Below are positions 1-10,479 of a stretch of 64,000 nucleotides of DNA, in pieces. Source of the stretch: an uncultured Candidatus Kuenenia sp. GTDB taxonomy: Bacteria; Planctomycetota; Planctomycetia; Pirellulales; UBA1268. A program made the translations under genes and the position numbers. Where the stretch lies: NCBI GenBank assembly GCA_964545915.1, contig CAZJHQ010000001.1, positions 47,641 to 111,640 of the forward strand. Reading direction: 5' to 3'. Numbering within the stretch: the first letter of the stretch is position 1; every line of letters begins with the position of its first letter. The notes beneath the pieces are model-generated. The model searched no databases and was not told the origin of the DNA. It worked only from the letters and a program-made list of their open reading frames with translations.

Positions 1-90
1 ATCCAGCTCCTCAAGGAAGCGATCTCGGAGTGACCGAGACCGGCCGCCGCCCGCACGCAGGCAACCCGGCCCTCCGGGCCTGGCGCTCGC

Positions 91-118
91 ACAAAAAGCC
101 CCCGGCGGGAGCCGGGGA
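91..118 (-). terminator. Putative intrinsic terminator (GC hairpin followed by U-run on the minus strand)
   Basis: Plus strand reads AAAAAGCCCCCGGCGGGAGCCGGGG. On the minus strand this is a CCCCGGC/GCCGGGG stem with a 4-nt loop, followed by TTTTTGTG. Confidence 0.5.
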
Positions 119-162
119 GAATGATGTACGCGAACCTGCGGCATCCTGCCGCAGTTCGCTTG

Positions 163-240
163 GCGGGCCGTCATCCGGCATGGACGGCGGGGTGGTTTTC
201 GCACCCGGAGTCCCCGGGTTTCCACCCGGGGCTTCTTGGA
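163..240 (-). repeat. 78-bp repeat, copy 1 (structured, RNA-like)
   Basis: Identical in my hand comparison to 345-422. On the minus strand it forms three hairpins by eye, including CCCCGGGU-GGAA-ACCCGGGG. Confidence 0.8.
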
Positions 241-259
241 GCACGCGCGCCATAGACAC

Positions 260-287
260 ACAAAAAGCCCCCGGCGGGAGCCGGGGG
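260..287 (-). terminator. Putative intrinsic terminator (second copy)
   Basis: AAAAAGCCCCCGGCGGGAGCCGGGGG. 8-bp stem, 4-nt loop and T-run on the minus strand. Lies downstream of the minus-strand gene ending at 565. Confidence 0.5.
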
Positions 288-344
288 ACTCCGGGTGGCA
301 TGCCTTCCCAGGTGCCATGCGATCTGGGTTTGAACCGTAAAATT

Positions 345-422
345 GCGGGCCGTCATCCGGCATGGACGGCGGGGTGGTTTTCGCACCCGGAGTCCCCGGG
401 TTTCCACCCGGGGCTTCTTGGA
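345..422 (-). repeat. 78-bp repeat, copy 2
   Basis: Same 78 nt as 163-240. The two copies are offset by 182 bp. Confidence 0.8.
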
Positions 423-564
423 CGGGTGACAAGACCGATTCCCAAATCAACGGATCTGCAAAACCACGGTCGCAAGCGGATTCCTGCAGCGAGGACGCTC
501 TGTCGAGCCACACGGCGCAACATCAAAACCCGCGGCTGCGGGCGGCACGGCGGTCGCGGGCGGC

Positions 565-1380
565 TCACGGCCAGGGGCTTTTCCAGTCCCCCCAGGCGGC
601 GAGATACCGGGCCAGGCCCGGGCTGGTCTCGGCCTTCTTCTCGATCCACCCGCGGGCCTGCTCGATCAGGGCATGTTCCCGCTTGACGTCGATGTCGCCG
701 GCCACCACCCGTGACCGCAGAAACACGAAATACGTGTCGAGCACGTCGCCCCGGCAATAGTCGTGGATCTCCGCCGCCTTCCCGGCGTCCCACAGGTCCT
801 GCACCATGTGGCCGGCCACGTCCATCTTGCCCGGCTTGCCGATCAGGTTCGCCGCCAGCGACAGGCCGCCGGTGAACCGCGAGGCGCCTGAGTTGGTGAG
901 CCACTCGTGGAGGTCGAAGTGGGCGGCCGTGTTGTAGCGATAGCGGGGCTGGTCGAAGTTTCGCGCGTCCTCGGCGAACCAGTCGGGGATCGGCAGGCCG
1001 TAGCGGAAGGCGCACAGCTCCAGGAGCGGGATGTCGAAGCCCCGGCCGTTGAAGCTCACCAGCCGCGGCCGATGATACTTCATCCACCCCGCCCAGAACT
1101 GCTTCGTGATCTCGTGCGGCCGCGACTGCTGCTCGTCGAGGGCCACGAGATCCTGCAAGGCGAGGTCACGGCCGAGTTTGGCCACGACCAGCGACACCGG
1201 CACCTGGAACGTGTAGGGAATGAAATCCTTGCCGTTCTCGGCGAGCAGTTCCTGGCGGTAGCGGGCGATGGCCGCAGCGGCCGTCAGCCCCGCGCCCGGA
1301 TAGCGCAGTCGGGAGACGAGGTCGCCGTCGGCCACGCTCTCGATGTCGAAGACGAGGTATTTCGTGTCGGTCGCGGCCAT
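565..1380 (-). CDS. RNase H-fold 3'-5' exonuclease-like protein (PolB-exonuclease-related)
   Basis: ORF 565..1737, trimmed to the internal ATG at 1380 (MAATDTKYLVFDIES). Has the DxE motif FDIESV. The upstream part of the ORF is Arg/Gly-rich junk overlapping the neighbouring gene. Confidence 0.6.
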   Translation of the reverse strand: MAATDTKYLVFDIESVADGDLVSRLRYPGAGLTAAAAIARYRQELLAENGKDFIPYTFQVPVSLVVAKLGRDLALQDLVALDEQQSRPHEITKQFWAGWMKYHRPRLVSFNGRGFDIPLLELCAFRYGLPIPDWFAEDARNFDQPRYRYNTAAHFDLHEWLTNSGASRFTGGLSLAANLIGKPGKMDVAGHMVQDLWDAGKAAEIHDYCRGDVLDTYFVFLRSRVVAGDIDVKREHALIEQARGWIEKKAETSPGLARYLAAWGDWKSPWP

Positions 1381-1388
1381 GACGTGGC

Positions 1389-2585
1389 TCACCGCCGGGC
1401 CAGCGGGTGCCGGAGCGGCAGCCAGGCGCCGTCGGCCTTGCTCGAAGCCACCGCCTGCTCGATGAAGTACATCCCCTCGACGCCGTCGTGGATGTTGGGG
1501 TAGACGGTGTTCGTCCGCTCGACGGCCCCGCCGCCGGCCGCCTCGGCCATGGCGTCGAAGGCGGCCCGATAGACGTTGGCGAAGGCCTCGAAGAACGCCT
1601 CCGGATGACCTGAGGGAAGCCGGCAGGCGGCCCGGCCCGAGTCGTTCATGAACGGAGCGTTGGGGTCGCGGGTGTAGAGCTGGTGCGGCTTGCCGTTGTG
1701 CCGCACGAGCATCTTGTTGGGCTCCTCCTGACACCACTCCAGGCTGCCGAGCGTGCCGTCGATCTGGATCCGCAGGTCGTTCTCGCGGCCGTGGCTGATC
1801 TGCGAGGCCGTCACCGTGCCGAGGGCGCCGTTCTCGTAGCGGATCACGGCGGTGCCGTAGTCGTCGAGCGGCCGGCCCGGCACGAAGATCTTCAGATGGC
1901 CGCTGATCTTCTCAGGGAGCAGCCCGGTCATGTAACGGCCCAGGTTGTAGGCGTGGGTGCCGATGTCGCCGAAGCAGCCCGCCGCGCCGCTCTTAGCAGG
2001 GTCGGTCCGCCAGGCGGCCTGCTTCTGCCCCTCGCTCTCGAGCCGGGTCCGCAACCAGCCCTGGATGTACTCCGCCCGGATCGCCTGGATCTCGCCGAGT
2101 TGGCCGGAGAGGATCATCTCCCGGGCCTGGCGGACGAGCGGATACCCGGTGTAGTTGTGGCTCACGGCGAACACGGACCGCGACGTGGCCACCGCCTTCG
2201 CCAGGTCCTCCGCCTCGGCGAGGGTGAGCGTCAGCGGCTTGTCGCAGACGACGTGGAAGCCGGCCTCGACCGCGGCCTTGGCCACGGGAAAGTGCATGTG
2301 ATTGGGGGTCGTGATCGACACGAAGTCGATCCGCTCTCCGGCCGGCAGGGCCCGCTCCTTGTCGAACATCTCCTGATAGGAGCCGTAGGCCCTCTCCGGG
2401 GCGACGTCGTAATCGGCGGCGCTGGCCTTGGAGCGGGCCGCGTCGCTGGAGAATGCCCCGGCCACCAGGGCGGCGCGGTTGTCGAGGACCGCCGCGGTCA
2501 CATGCACCCGCCCGATGAACGAGCCCTGCCCGCCGCCCACGATGCCCATCCGCAGTTTGCGGCCCAGCGTTCCATTGGTCGCCAT
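1389..2585 (-). CDS. Gfo/Idh/MocA family oxidoreductase
   Basis: N-terminal Rossmann motif [13 protein letters not shown] and conserved ITTPNHMH and CDKPL motifs. Start taken at ATG 2585 (MATNGT). Confidence 0.9.
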   Translation of the reverse strand: MATNGTLGRKLRMGIVGGGQGSFIGRVHVTAAVLDNRAALVAGAFSSDAARSKASAADYDVAPERAYGSYQEMFDKERALPAGERIDFVSITTPNHMHFPVAKAAVEAGFHVVCDKPLTLTLAEAEDLAKAVATSRSVFAVSHNYTGYPLVRQAREMILSGQLGEIQAIRAEYIQGWLRTRLESEGQKQAAWRTDPAKSGAAGCFGDIGTHAYNLGRYMTGLLPEKISGHLKIFVPGRPLDDYGTAVIRYENGALGTVTASQISHGRENDLRIQIDGTLGSLEWCQEEPNKMLVRHNGKPHQLYTRDPNAPFMNDSGRAACRLPSGHPEAFFEAFANVYRAAFDAMAEAAGGGAVERTNTVYPNIHDGVEGMYFIEQAVASSKADGAWLPLRHPLARR

Positions 2586-2789
2586 AGCGCTGTTCCTTCT
2601 CCCTTGCCTGTCCCGATGCATGCTCCTCGGCTGCGCCGCCCCGTGGCGGCCGCCGGAGGCTGGGGACTCTAGCACACCGCCGGCCCGGCTACACGGGGCG
2701 GGGCCGTTGCCGCGGACATGGCGGACAGCCTACGATGCGCCGACGGGCCGGGGCAGAACTGACCGCCCGCCTCCACCCTCGGACATGCC

Positions 2790-3749
2790 ATGGGATTTCA
2801 GGACCGGGGTTATTACCGTTCGTCACCCGGATCGTTCGCGTCCGAATGGAGCGGCGTGTCGATCATCATCGCCCTGAATGTCGGCCTCTGGCTGGCGAAC
2901 TTCATCCTCTCGGGCGATCTGATCCGCGAGGTGTTCCCCCTGCGGCTGTGCCTCAACGACATCTTTTCGCTGCACTCGAACCTCACCAGCCATCCCTGGA
3001 ACTTCTGGCAGCTGCTCACCTACGGCTTCCTCCACGACGGCCCGAGCCTGGAGCTGCAGGACACCCTGCGGGCCTTCGGCCGCACGCAGACCTACTCGCC
3101 GTTCCATCTCCTCGGCAACATGCTGATGCTCTTCTTCTTCGGCCGCGAGGTCGAGGCGACGATGGGGCGGGCCGAGTTCCTCCGCTTCTACTGCACGGCG
3201 ATCGTCATGGCGGGGCTGTTCTGGGTGGTGGGGGAGCAGTTCCAGGAGCCGGGGATCAACGTCCGGCTCGTGGGGGCCAGCGGCGGCGTGATGGCGGTGC
3301 TCGCCGTCTTCATCTGGTACTTCCCGCAGCAGACCGTCTATTTCTGGGGCGTGCTGCCGGTGCCGGTGTGGGCGCTCGGCGTGCTCTACATCGCCATCGA
3401 CTTCGGCGGCGCCCTGACCGGCGGCCGGGGCGTGACGCAGGAGTCGAAGCTCGTGGTGGCCCACATCGCCCACCTGGCCGGCGCCGCCTTCGGCCTCCTC
3501 TATGCCTGGCGGGGCTGGAGCCTGGAGGACTTCGGCACCTGGACGCAGCAGCTCCTCCGCCGCCGGCCGCGGATGCGGGTCGTGCATCCCGGCGCCGACC
3601 AGGCCGATGAAGAAGACGAGGAGGCGCTCCACGAGATGGTGGACCGCATCCTCGCCAAGATCAGCCGCAGCGGCGAGTCGAGCCTCACGCCCGCTGAGCG
3701 GGCGACGCTCACCCGCGCCAGCCGCAAGCTCAAGGATCGCTCGCGGTAG
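2790..3749 (+). CDS. Rhomboid family intramembrane serine protease
   Basis: Multiple TM segments. Catalytic GASGGV motif and a downstream AHLAGA histidine motif. Confidence 0.85.
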   Translation: MGFQDRGYYRSSPGSFASEWSGVSIIIALNVGLWLANFILSGDLIREVFPLRLCLNDIFSLHSNLTSHPWNFWQLLTYGFLHDGPSLELQDTLRAFGRTQTYSPFHLLGNMLMLFFFGREVEATMGRAEFLRFYCTAIVMAGLFWVVGEQFQEPGINVRLVGASGGVMAVLAVFIWYFPQQTVYFWGVLPVPVWALGVLYIAIDFGGALTGGRGVTQESKLVVAHIAHLAGAAFGLLYAWRGWSLEDFGTWTQQLLRRRPRMRVVHPGADQADEEDEEALHEMVDRILAKISRSGESSLTPAERATLTRASRKLKDRSR

Positions 3750-3755
3750 AGCCGG

Positions 3756-4424
3756 TCACCGCGGCATGGCTGCCGGCAGGGCGGCGGTGCGGCCGTCGGG
3801 CCGGGCCTGCATCCGCAGGCGGGTGATCACCGCCACCACTTCCTCGAACTTCAGTTCGTCAAGGTGGCCCGAGAGCGTGGCATGCGTGCGGCCGTGGATG
3901 TCGAGGATCGCGACGTTGGGCGTCTGGGGCACCATGCCGAAGTGCCGCCGCATGCTGTCGTCAAAGTCGAGCCACACCGAGACGAACTCGGATTCCTTGC
4001 GGAGCCGTGACCGGGCCACCGCCCGCAGCGGCTTGGGCACCTCCGGGATGCAGGCCACCGGGATGACGTGCACGTCGGGTACACGGGCATTCGCCGGCCA
4101 GCCGGGCAGACCGACGACCGGCTGCCGCGACCACTCGGTCGCCGGCGCACCCGCCGCGGTCGGATGGAAGCGAACGTGCAGTTTGCGGCCGATTTCCAGG
4201 GCCGCCTCGGCCCCGTGACGGTCGGCATAGACGAGCGCGACCACGTCGCCGCGCAGGAGCGCCGTCTCGCGGCGGTTCTTGAACTGGTCCTCGAGGATGA
4301 CGTCCACGACGCGGTCGGCCACCTGGGCCGATGCGTCCGGCACGACGCCGAGCACGAGGCACGACGCGAGCAGCGGCAGCCACAGATAACGGGGGCGCAG
4401 GCATCTCGCAGGCGGCTGATTCAT
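3756..4424 (-). CDS. Secreted hypothetical protein
   Basis: Signal-peptide-like N-terminus MNQPPARCLRPRYLWLPLLASCLVLG at internal ATG 4424. No family recognised. Confidence 0.55.
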   Translation of the reverse strand: MNQPPARCLRPRYLWLPLLASCLVLGVVPDASAQVADRVVDVILEDQFKNRRETALLRGDVVALVYADRHGAEAALEIGRKLHVRFHPTAAGAPATEWSRQPVVGLPGWPANARVPDVHVIPVACIPEVPKPLRAVARSRLRKESEFVSVWLDFDDSMRRHFGMVPQTPNVAILDIHGRTHATLSGHLDELKFEEVVAVITRLRMQARPDGRTAALPAAMPR

Positions 4425-4491
4425 GGGGCACCGTTGGGGTGAGTGAAGCGAGGGAGGTACCGCGCCATCGGCCGCCGGGGCAAGGCGTGTT

Positions 4492-7290
4492 TCAGGCCGC
4501 GACCCGGAGTTCGCCGGCGCTCGCCGGCGCCGCGGCAAGTTCCCCGGCCGCATCGCCCCCCGCGTCGGCGTCGCCACCTGCGGGCCGCACGAGCGCCAGG
4601 ATCGCCGGCAGCATGACCAGCGACGTGATCGTGCAGGTCGTGACGCCCAGCGTGAGCACACGGCCCAGGCTCTCCAGGCCCTTGTGGCTGGCCACCATCA
4701 ACGCGCCGAAGCCGAGGATCGTGGTCAGCGCGTCGACGAGCACGGAGTTGGCGGTGGAGGCGCTGATCCGGTAGGGCCCCGGCCGCTCCAGGGCGTCGTG
4801 GACGATGTGCACGCCATAGTCGACGGCGATGCCGAGAATCAGCGGAATGCCGATCAGGTTCGCGGGGTTGAGGTCGATGCCGACCAGGCCCATGAGGCCG
4901 AGCGTCTGCGCCATGCCCAGGGCCAGGGGCAGCGCCGCGAGCAGCGCATGCTGGATGCTGCGGAAGTCGAGCCACAGCACGGCCAGGATCACGATCAGGG
5001 AGTACAGCGCAGCCTGCTCGTAACTCCGCTTCATCTCCAGCGACGCCTCGTAGGCCTGGAGCGGATTGCCCGTGGCCCGCGGGTCGACTGCGCGGACGTC
5101 CTTCACGAACCGCTCCAGCGAGTCGAAGTTCCAGATGTCGCCACGGCCGTAGATCTTCAGCAGGTGGCGGCCGCTGGAGCCCACGAACCGCTCCACGAGG
5201 CTCGGCGGCAGGTCGGCGAGCTGCGGCGGCTCGGGATCGGCGACGCCGGCGAGGGCGTGGAGGCGGGTGAGCAGATCGCCCGCGGCCCGCTGCTGGAAGG
5301 CGGCCAGCGTCCGGAAGCAGTCGTCCGGCCCCATCCGCCGCAGCGCCTCGCGGGCCCGCTCCAGATGCCATGCGGTCCGCAGGCCGCCGGGCCGCTTCAC
5401 CGCCTCCCCTTGAGCCCAGCCGAGCGTCTCGCCGAGGGCTTCGAGCCGATCGACCGGGATCTCCGGCGGCCGCTCGGGCAGGTTCGCCAGCCGGCCGCGG
5501 ATCCGCGCGATGATCGGTCGCTTCAGGTCCTCGTCCACGGGCAGCAGCGACGCGATCTCGTCCACCCGCTCCACGCTGGGCAGCGCCTTGAGCCGCTCCT
5601 TCCGCGCGAGCAGCTCCTCGCGCGAGTCGGCGATCGACAGCGCGTACCACACGCTCTGGTCGCACTCCTCGAGCAGTTTCTTCTCGACGGCCACGCTCTC
5701 CAGGCCGTCGGGCTGAAGGTTGAGCAGGTTGTGGTCGTAGTCGAGCTCGTGGAGCCCCCCCGCCAGCGCCATCGTGCCGGCCATCGCCGCCAGCGCCACG
5801 AACCGCGGATGCCGCAGGACCGGCGCCAGCCAGGCATGCACGGGCACCGGTTCGGGAATCCGGCCCCCGAGCCGGCTGCGATCGACGATCGCCACCACCG
5901 CAGGCAGCACGAGCAGCTCCGCCGCGCAGCAGAGGAGAATGCCCCCGCCGGCGATCATGCCCAGCTCCGCCACGCCGACGAAACTCGTCAGCGCGGCGCA
6001 GAAGAAGGCGACGGCCGTGGTGATCGCGCCGGTGAGAATGCCGGGGCCGACCGAGCCGCTGGTTTCCAGCAGCGCCGCGTCGCACGTATGCCCCGCCCGC
6101 CGGAACTCCAAATAGCGGCCGATGTAGTAGGTGCCGTAGTCGATGCCGACGCCGATCATCGTCACCGTGAAGGTGACGCTGAGAATGTTGAGGTGGCCGA
6201 CGCTCACGGTCGCCCAGCCGAAGGCCCAGGCCATGCCGATCACGAGCACGCCGTTGGCCATCATGGCGTGCCGGATGCCGCCGAAGCCCGCGATGATGAC
6301 GATCGCCACGGCCGCCAGCGACAGGCCGCTGGCCCACACCATCGACTGCTGGCTCGACCGCATCTCGTCGTCTTCCATGACCGGCAGGCCGGTGAGGCCG
6401 ATCGTGGTGTCAGGATGCCGGGCGGCCACCGCCGCGATGATCCGCCGCAATTCGTCCGTGGCGGCCGACGCGCCTGCGAACCCACCCTCCGCCTTCACCA
6501 TCCGCAGGAGCACGAAGCCGAGGCGGCCGTCCTTCGCCAGGAGGTGCTCGCTCGACAAGTCGCGGAGCGTGCCGAGCGACTCCGGCATGCTCGGCCAGGG
6601 CGAGACATACTCCGCCAGCCGCGGATCGGCGGCCTGGGCCGACCGCTCCATGCCCGCCAGCAGCGCCTCGCTGTACCGCTCCAGCGCAGCCGTGGGGGAC
6701 TCCGCCTGGCCGGGAACACCGCCGGCCACCATCTGGCCGGCCATCCCCGCGACCATCGTGCCGACCTTCAACTGGGCCCAGCCGCCGGCCAGGATCGGCT
6801 CCGTCCGCTCGATGAAACGGTCGATGGCGGCGAGGTCGGCGGGGGAGAGGTAGTGCAGGCCCTTGGCACGAATTCGCGACAGGTCCACCTCGTGGAGCAC
6901 CGAGCGGAAGAGGTCGCCCTCTCGGGCCACCTCGCGTGACACCGCCTCCAGGACGGCGATCACTTCCTCCCGCGAACGGCCCTCGACCACGACCACGGCG
7001 TCGTCGTCCTCGCCGAACTCATGGATGTAGTCGATCCACAGCTTGTTGTATTCGCTCTTCGGGTCGAGCAGGTCCACGCGGCTCACCTTGTAGCCGAGGT
7101 GCCGAGCCGTCCAGACCCCGGCCAGGCCCGCGGAGAGGATGGCGCCGATCACGATCGCCAGCGGCCAGCGCAGGCAAACATGCGTCCAGGCCACGAGGCC
7201 ACGGCCCAGCAGGCTCTTCGGCGGGTGGAGCGGCCGGGCGGACTCGGTGCCCGGTGCGGCATCGGCGGTGGGATCGTGGAGGTGGAGCAT
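4492..7290 (-). CDS. MMPL/RND superfamily transporter (HpnN-like)
   Basis: About 930 aa with two 6-TM bundles separated by large soluble loops, typical of MMPL architecture. Start is ambiguous (7290 or 7350). Confidence 0.8.
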   Translation of the reverse strand: MLHLHDPTADAAPGTESARPLHPPKSLLGRGLVAWTHVCLRWPLAIVIGAILSAGLAGVWTARHLGYKVSRVDLLDPKSEYNKLWIDYIHEFGEDDDAVVVVEGRSREEVIAVLEAVSREVAREGDLFRSVLHEVDLSRIRAKGLHYLSPADLAAIDRFIERTEPILAGGWAQLKVGTMVAGMAGQMVAGGVPGQAESPTAALERYSEALLAGMERSAQAADPRLAEYVSPWPSMPESLGTLRDLSSEHLLAKDGRLGFVLLRMVKAEGGFAGASAATDELRRIIAAVAARHPDTTIGLTGLPVMEDDEMRSSQQSMVWASGLSLAAVAIVIIAGFGGIRHAMMANGVLVIGMAWAFGWATVSVGHLNILSVTFTVTMIGVGIDYGTYYIGRYLEFRRAGHTCDAALLETSGSVGPGILTGAITTAVAFFCAALTSFVGVAELGMIAGGGILLCCAAELLVLPAVVAIVDRSRLGGRIPEPVPVHAWLAPVLRHPRFVALAAMAGTMALAGGLHELDYDHNLLNLQPDGLESVAVEKKLLEECDQSVWYALSIADSREELLARKERLKALPSVERVDEIASLLPVDEDLKRPIIARIRGRLANLPERPPEIPVDRLEALGETLGWAQGEAVKRPGGLRTAWHLERAREALRRMGPDDCFRTLAAFQQRAAGDLLTRLHALAGVADPEPPQLADLPPSLVERFVGSSGRHLLKIYGRGDIWNFDSLERFVKDVRAVDPRATGNPLQAYEASLEMKRSYEQAALYSLIVILAVLWLDFRSIQHALLAALPLALGMAQTLGLMGLVGIDLNPANLIGIPLILGIAVDYGVHIVHDALERPGPYRISASTANSVLVDALTTILGFGALMVASHKGLESLGRVLTLGVTTCTITSLVMLPAILALVRPAGGDADAGGDAAGELAAAPASAGELRVAA

Positions 7291-7511
7291 CGACGCGGTC
7301 CGGCGGACGAACGGGGGCGGGATGGTAGGGAACCTGCGGCACCCGGCCAAGCCCCGATTCGCCCCGCGACGGCAGCCCCGGCAAGGTGGGCAAACCCTGG
7401 GAAATTCGCCGGGAAATCACTGTGCCAAACGGTCCTCTCAGACCGAAAACTCCCCGGGGAGACGGCGGACCGCCGCCGTCCAGAGGGGCCTGTCGATCCG
7501 GGGGGATTCGC

Positions 7512-8423
7512 ATGGGTGGGCGCGCAATCGCACTGGCCGTGGGGCTGGCGTTGGTGACCGGAGTGATCCGAGCCGCCGAATCACCGCACATGGCGCAGGG
7601 GGGCATCGCCGCGGCGCTGGCCGACGCGGGCGCATCGGGCCGCGACGCACGGCGTCGGGCCGCGGAGGCGGTGCCGCTCGACCGCATGCCGGAGGCCCAG
7701 CGGAAACTCGCCGCCCAGAGCCTGCGGTCGGCCACGCTGTTTCGCCACCTGCCGGCCGAAACCGTGACCTGCGATCCCGCGCTGCTCGAGTTCGTGCTCG
7801 CGCGGCCCGAGGTGATGGTCGATCTGTGGCGGGCGCTGGGCATCAGCCGGCTCGCGCTCGATCCGGCCGGACCGGGCCAGTGGCGAATGGCGGATGGATA
7901 CGGCACGACGGGCACGGTGCGGCTGCTCCATCACGAGCGGACGCCGCACGGCGGCCTGCTCGTGTTCCATGGCCGCGGCGGCTACACCGGCCCGCTCGCG
8001 CCCCGCCAGCTCACCGGCTCCTGCCTGGTCGTCGTCCGCCACGCGATGCTCGATCCTGACGCCCAGGGGCGGCCGCAGCAGGCCGTGCAGATCGACGCCT
8101 TTCTCGACGTGGACGGGCTCGGCCTGGAGATCGTGACCCGCACCCTGCAGCCGCTCATCATCCGCTCCGCGGCCGCAAACCTCCACGAGATCTGCCTGTT
8201 CGTCTCGCAGTTCGCGGCGGCGGCCCGGCGCAACCCGGCCGGCGTGGAGCGGCTCGTCGAACGGATGAGCCGCACCGCGCCGGCGGACCGGCGGACACTC
8301 GCCCGGCTGGCCGGGGGCGCAGCGTCTTCCCGGTCGCAGGCAGCGGTTTCGCCCGACGAGATGCAAGCGGAGCTCGCCGCCCGCTGGCTGCCGGCGGACC
8401 AGCTCGCGCCAGCCCGGCGGTGA
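7512..8423 (+). CDS. Secreted hypothetical protein
   Basis: Signal peptide MGGRAIALAVGLALVTGVIRA at ATG 7512. Coding-like composition. No family recognised. Confidence 0.55.
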   Translation: MGGRAIALAVGLALVTGVIRAAESPHMAQGGIAAALADAGASGRDARRRAAEAVPLDRMPEAQRKLAAQSLRSATLFRHLPAETVTCDPALLEFVLARPEVMVDLWRALGISRLALDPAGPGQWRMADGYGTTGTVRLLHHERTPHGGLLVFHGRGGYTGPLAPRQLTGSCLVVVRHAMLDPDAQGRPQQAVQIDAFLDVDGLGLEIVTRTLQPLIIRSAAANLHEICLFVSQFAAAARRNPAGVERLVERMSRTAPADRRTLARLAGGAASSRSQAAVSPDEMQAELAARWLPADQLAPARR

Positions 8424-8629
8424 AGCTGGCATCCCACCAGCCGATCTCGCCGACACCCCCGGGCAGCCGCGCACGCGTGAAGCCGCTCCCTATTCCAGGG
8501 ACGGCGATGTCCACGGTCGTTGAACCATGGGTTCGAATCCGACGCCCGCGCATGTGGAAATGGCGATCGTCGGTATATCCTGGTGTCCGCGGCATTGGAT
8601 GAGGCAGCGAAACCCCGACAGGCACAACC

Positions 8630-10441
8630 ATGATCCGGCCGATGAACATGGCGTGGATGTCGGTAATGTTGATGGCCGGGATGGTCTTCACCCACGGCCC
8701 ACTCGCCCCAGGCAAAGAGGATGACGGGGACGACCGCGGGGCCCCTCCCGTGGCGGCGCCGGATTGGTCGGTGGCGGTGCCGGGCTGGAAGCCGGTCGCG
8801 GCGAACGAGCATCCGCGCTTGATCTTCCGAAAGGACGACGTGCCGGCATTGCGGAACCGGGCGCAGACGCCGGCCGGCAAGGTGATCTTCGAGCGGGCGA
8901 AGATGCAGCTGGAGGCGCCCTTCACGACGTGGCACGCGGCCGGCCATGCGTTCCTTTATCAGGTGACCGGCGACCAGGCGTGGGCGGACAAGGCGCAGGC
9001 AGCCGCCGAGCAAACCCTCGCCCGCAAGCCCGATCCCGACGGACGGTACACCTGGCCGGGCAACGGGCAGCTGCGGGCGGGACCGTGCCTGGCGGCGCTG
9101 GCGCTGGCCTACGACATGGCGTACGACGGCTGGGATGCGGCGACGCGGGAGGCGGTCGCGAAGGGCATCGTGGCCAACAAGCACCTGGCGGAGATCGCGA
9201 CCAGTCCGCGGCATGTTCCGGGCTGCAATCACTGGGGGGCGCACACGGGGGGAGCGGGCATCGCGTTGCTGGCCTTGCGGGGGGATGACGGCGTGGACGC
9301 GCAGCGGATCGAGGAACTGCTCGGGAAGGTCGTCGACAACGCCCGTCGCGAGATCGCCGAGGGGTACGGCAGCCGGGGCTATTACTACGAGGGGCATCAT
9401 TGCGGCCGGCTGTCGTCCAACACCGGGCTGGTGCCGTTCATCCAGGCGTACCGGGTCGCCATGGGACGCGACCTCGTGCCGAACAGCGGCAACGCACAGT
9501 GGCTGTTGACGAAGTGGGTGTATGAGTTCGTCGATCACCCGGCGAGCAAGGAATCGGCGGGAGCGTACACGTACAACTCGCGCGGGATGTATGCCCGGGA
9601 GTTCGACCGCGCGGGGGCGTCGACCGCCGGGGACTTCGCCCAGGGCTTCAGCATCTGCCCGCCGGCACACGTCCCGGCCGTGCTCTGGCTCTACAACCAC
9701 ATCATCGAACCGGGGGAGAAGACCTACGGTGCCGATGAGCCGTATCCGCACCGGGCGGCCTACGCGCTGGCGAACTGGCCGATGGAGGTGACGGAGAAAA
9801 ACCCGGCGGAGTTGTTTCCGTTGGCGATGGTGGACGAAGGGCCCGGGTACTGCGTGTTCCGCAACGGCTGGGCCGACACGGGCAACATCGTGGTCACCGC
9901 GCTGTTCGGCAGCAGCCCGAGCTCGGGCCGCGGCATGGCCATCGGCGGCTCGATCATGGTGGCCGGCAAGGGCCTCAAGTACACATTCCCCGGCATGTTC
10001 CATTCGAGCAAGATCACCTACTCGAAACTCAATACGGACGGCTCCGGCGTCGTCAGTGGCATGGTGCTCGACAAGACCGGCCACAAAAAGTCTGGCCCGG
10101 CCATGGCGTTGCCGAAGACGCCGACGAGTCTCGCGGTGGACTACAGCGGCGCGTCGGGCGCGCCGCTGCTCGTGGCGCAGGTCGGTCCGCAGGTCGGTTA
10201 CCGGGTCGAGTACTGGATGGACATCAAGAAGCTGAACCTGCCGAAGGACGTGAAAGACGTGACCGGCCAGGATGGTTTCGCGACCAAGACGACCATTCTC
10301 ACCGCCGACCCGGCCGTGCCGTGGGCGATCATGACATTGCAAAAGGGCGAACCGCCCGCAGTGGTCGTGGAGGGCAACAAGGTCAAGGTTGGCGAGCAGA
10401 CGTTGACGTTTGACGGCGAGAAGCTCGTGCTGGCCCGGTGA
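8630..10441 (+). CDS. Secreted protein, heparinase II/III-like (alginate-lyase-fold N-domain)
   Basis: Signal-like N-terminus. The EHPRLIFRKDDVPALR motif and the helical repeat region resemble heparinase II/III-type lyases. Assignment is from memory only. Confidence 0.5.
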   Translation: MIRPMNMAWMSVMLMAGMVFTHGPLAPGKEDDGDDRGAPPVAAPDWSVAVPGWKPVAANEHPRLIFRKDDVPALRNRAQTPAGKVIFERAKMQLEAPFTTWHAAGHAFLYQVTGDQAWADKAQAAAEQTLARKPDPDGRYTWPGNGQLRAGPCLAALALAYDMAYDGWDAATREAVAKGIVANKHLAEIATSPRHVPGCNHWGAHTGGAGIALLALRGDDGVDAQRIEELLGKVVDNARREIAEGYGSRGYYYEGHHCGRLSSNTGLVPFIQAYRVAMGRDLVPNSGNAQWLLTKWVYEFVDHPASKESAGAYTYNSRGMYAREFDRAGASTAGDFAQGFSICPPAHVPAVLWLYNHIIEPGEKTYGADEPYPHRAAYALANWPMEVTEKNPAELFPLAMVDEGPGYCVFRNGWADTGNIVVTALFGSSPSSGRGMAIGGSIMVAGKGLKYTFPGMFHSSKITYSKLNTDGSGVVSGMVLDKTGHKKSGPAMALPKTPTSLAVDYSGASGAPLLVAQVGPQVGYRVEYWMDIKKLNLPKDVKDVTGQDGFATKTTILTADPAVPWAIMTLQKGEPPAVVVEGNKVKVGEQTLTFDGEKLVLAR

Positions 10442-10479
10442 CGGATCGGGGTTGGATTGCCTGCATCAGGGGAGCCGAC

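Noticed and set aside
30-1087. ORFs 30-686 (+), 353-1087 (-) and 362-760 (+), considered as genes at the window start.
   Set aside because: They are composed of repeat-derived and Arg/Pro/Gly-rich sequence, overlap the exonuclease-like gene or the 78-bp repeats, and carry no motifs.
8505-8560. tRNA-like T-loop sequence GGGTTCGAATCC in the intergenic region before the 8630 gene.
   Set aside because: The flanks do not form a T-stem (ATGGG vs CCGAC mispairs), and no acceptor, D or anticodon arms could be folded. Probably chance or a very degraded fragment.
7982-10342. Very long antisense ORFs. Examples: 786 aa at 7982-10342 (minus); also 4421-6337, 4684-6939, 11278-13002, 23964-25487, 28132-29277, 51304-52362, 57079-58578 and 59868-61067.
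   Set aside because: Each lies opposite a gene with clear family motifs. Their translations are Arg/Gly/Pro/Ala-rich with no recognisable motifs. Long shadow ORFs are expected in high-GC DNA.
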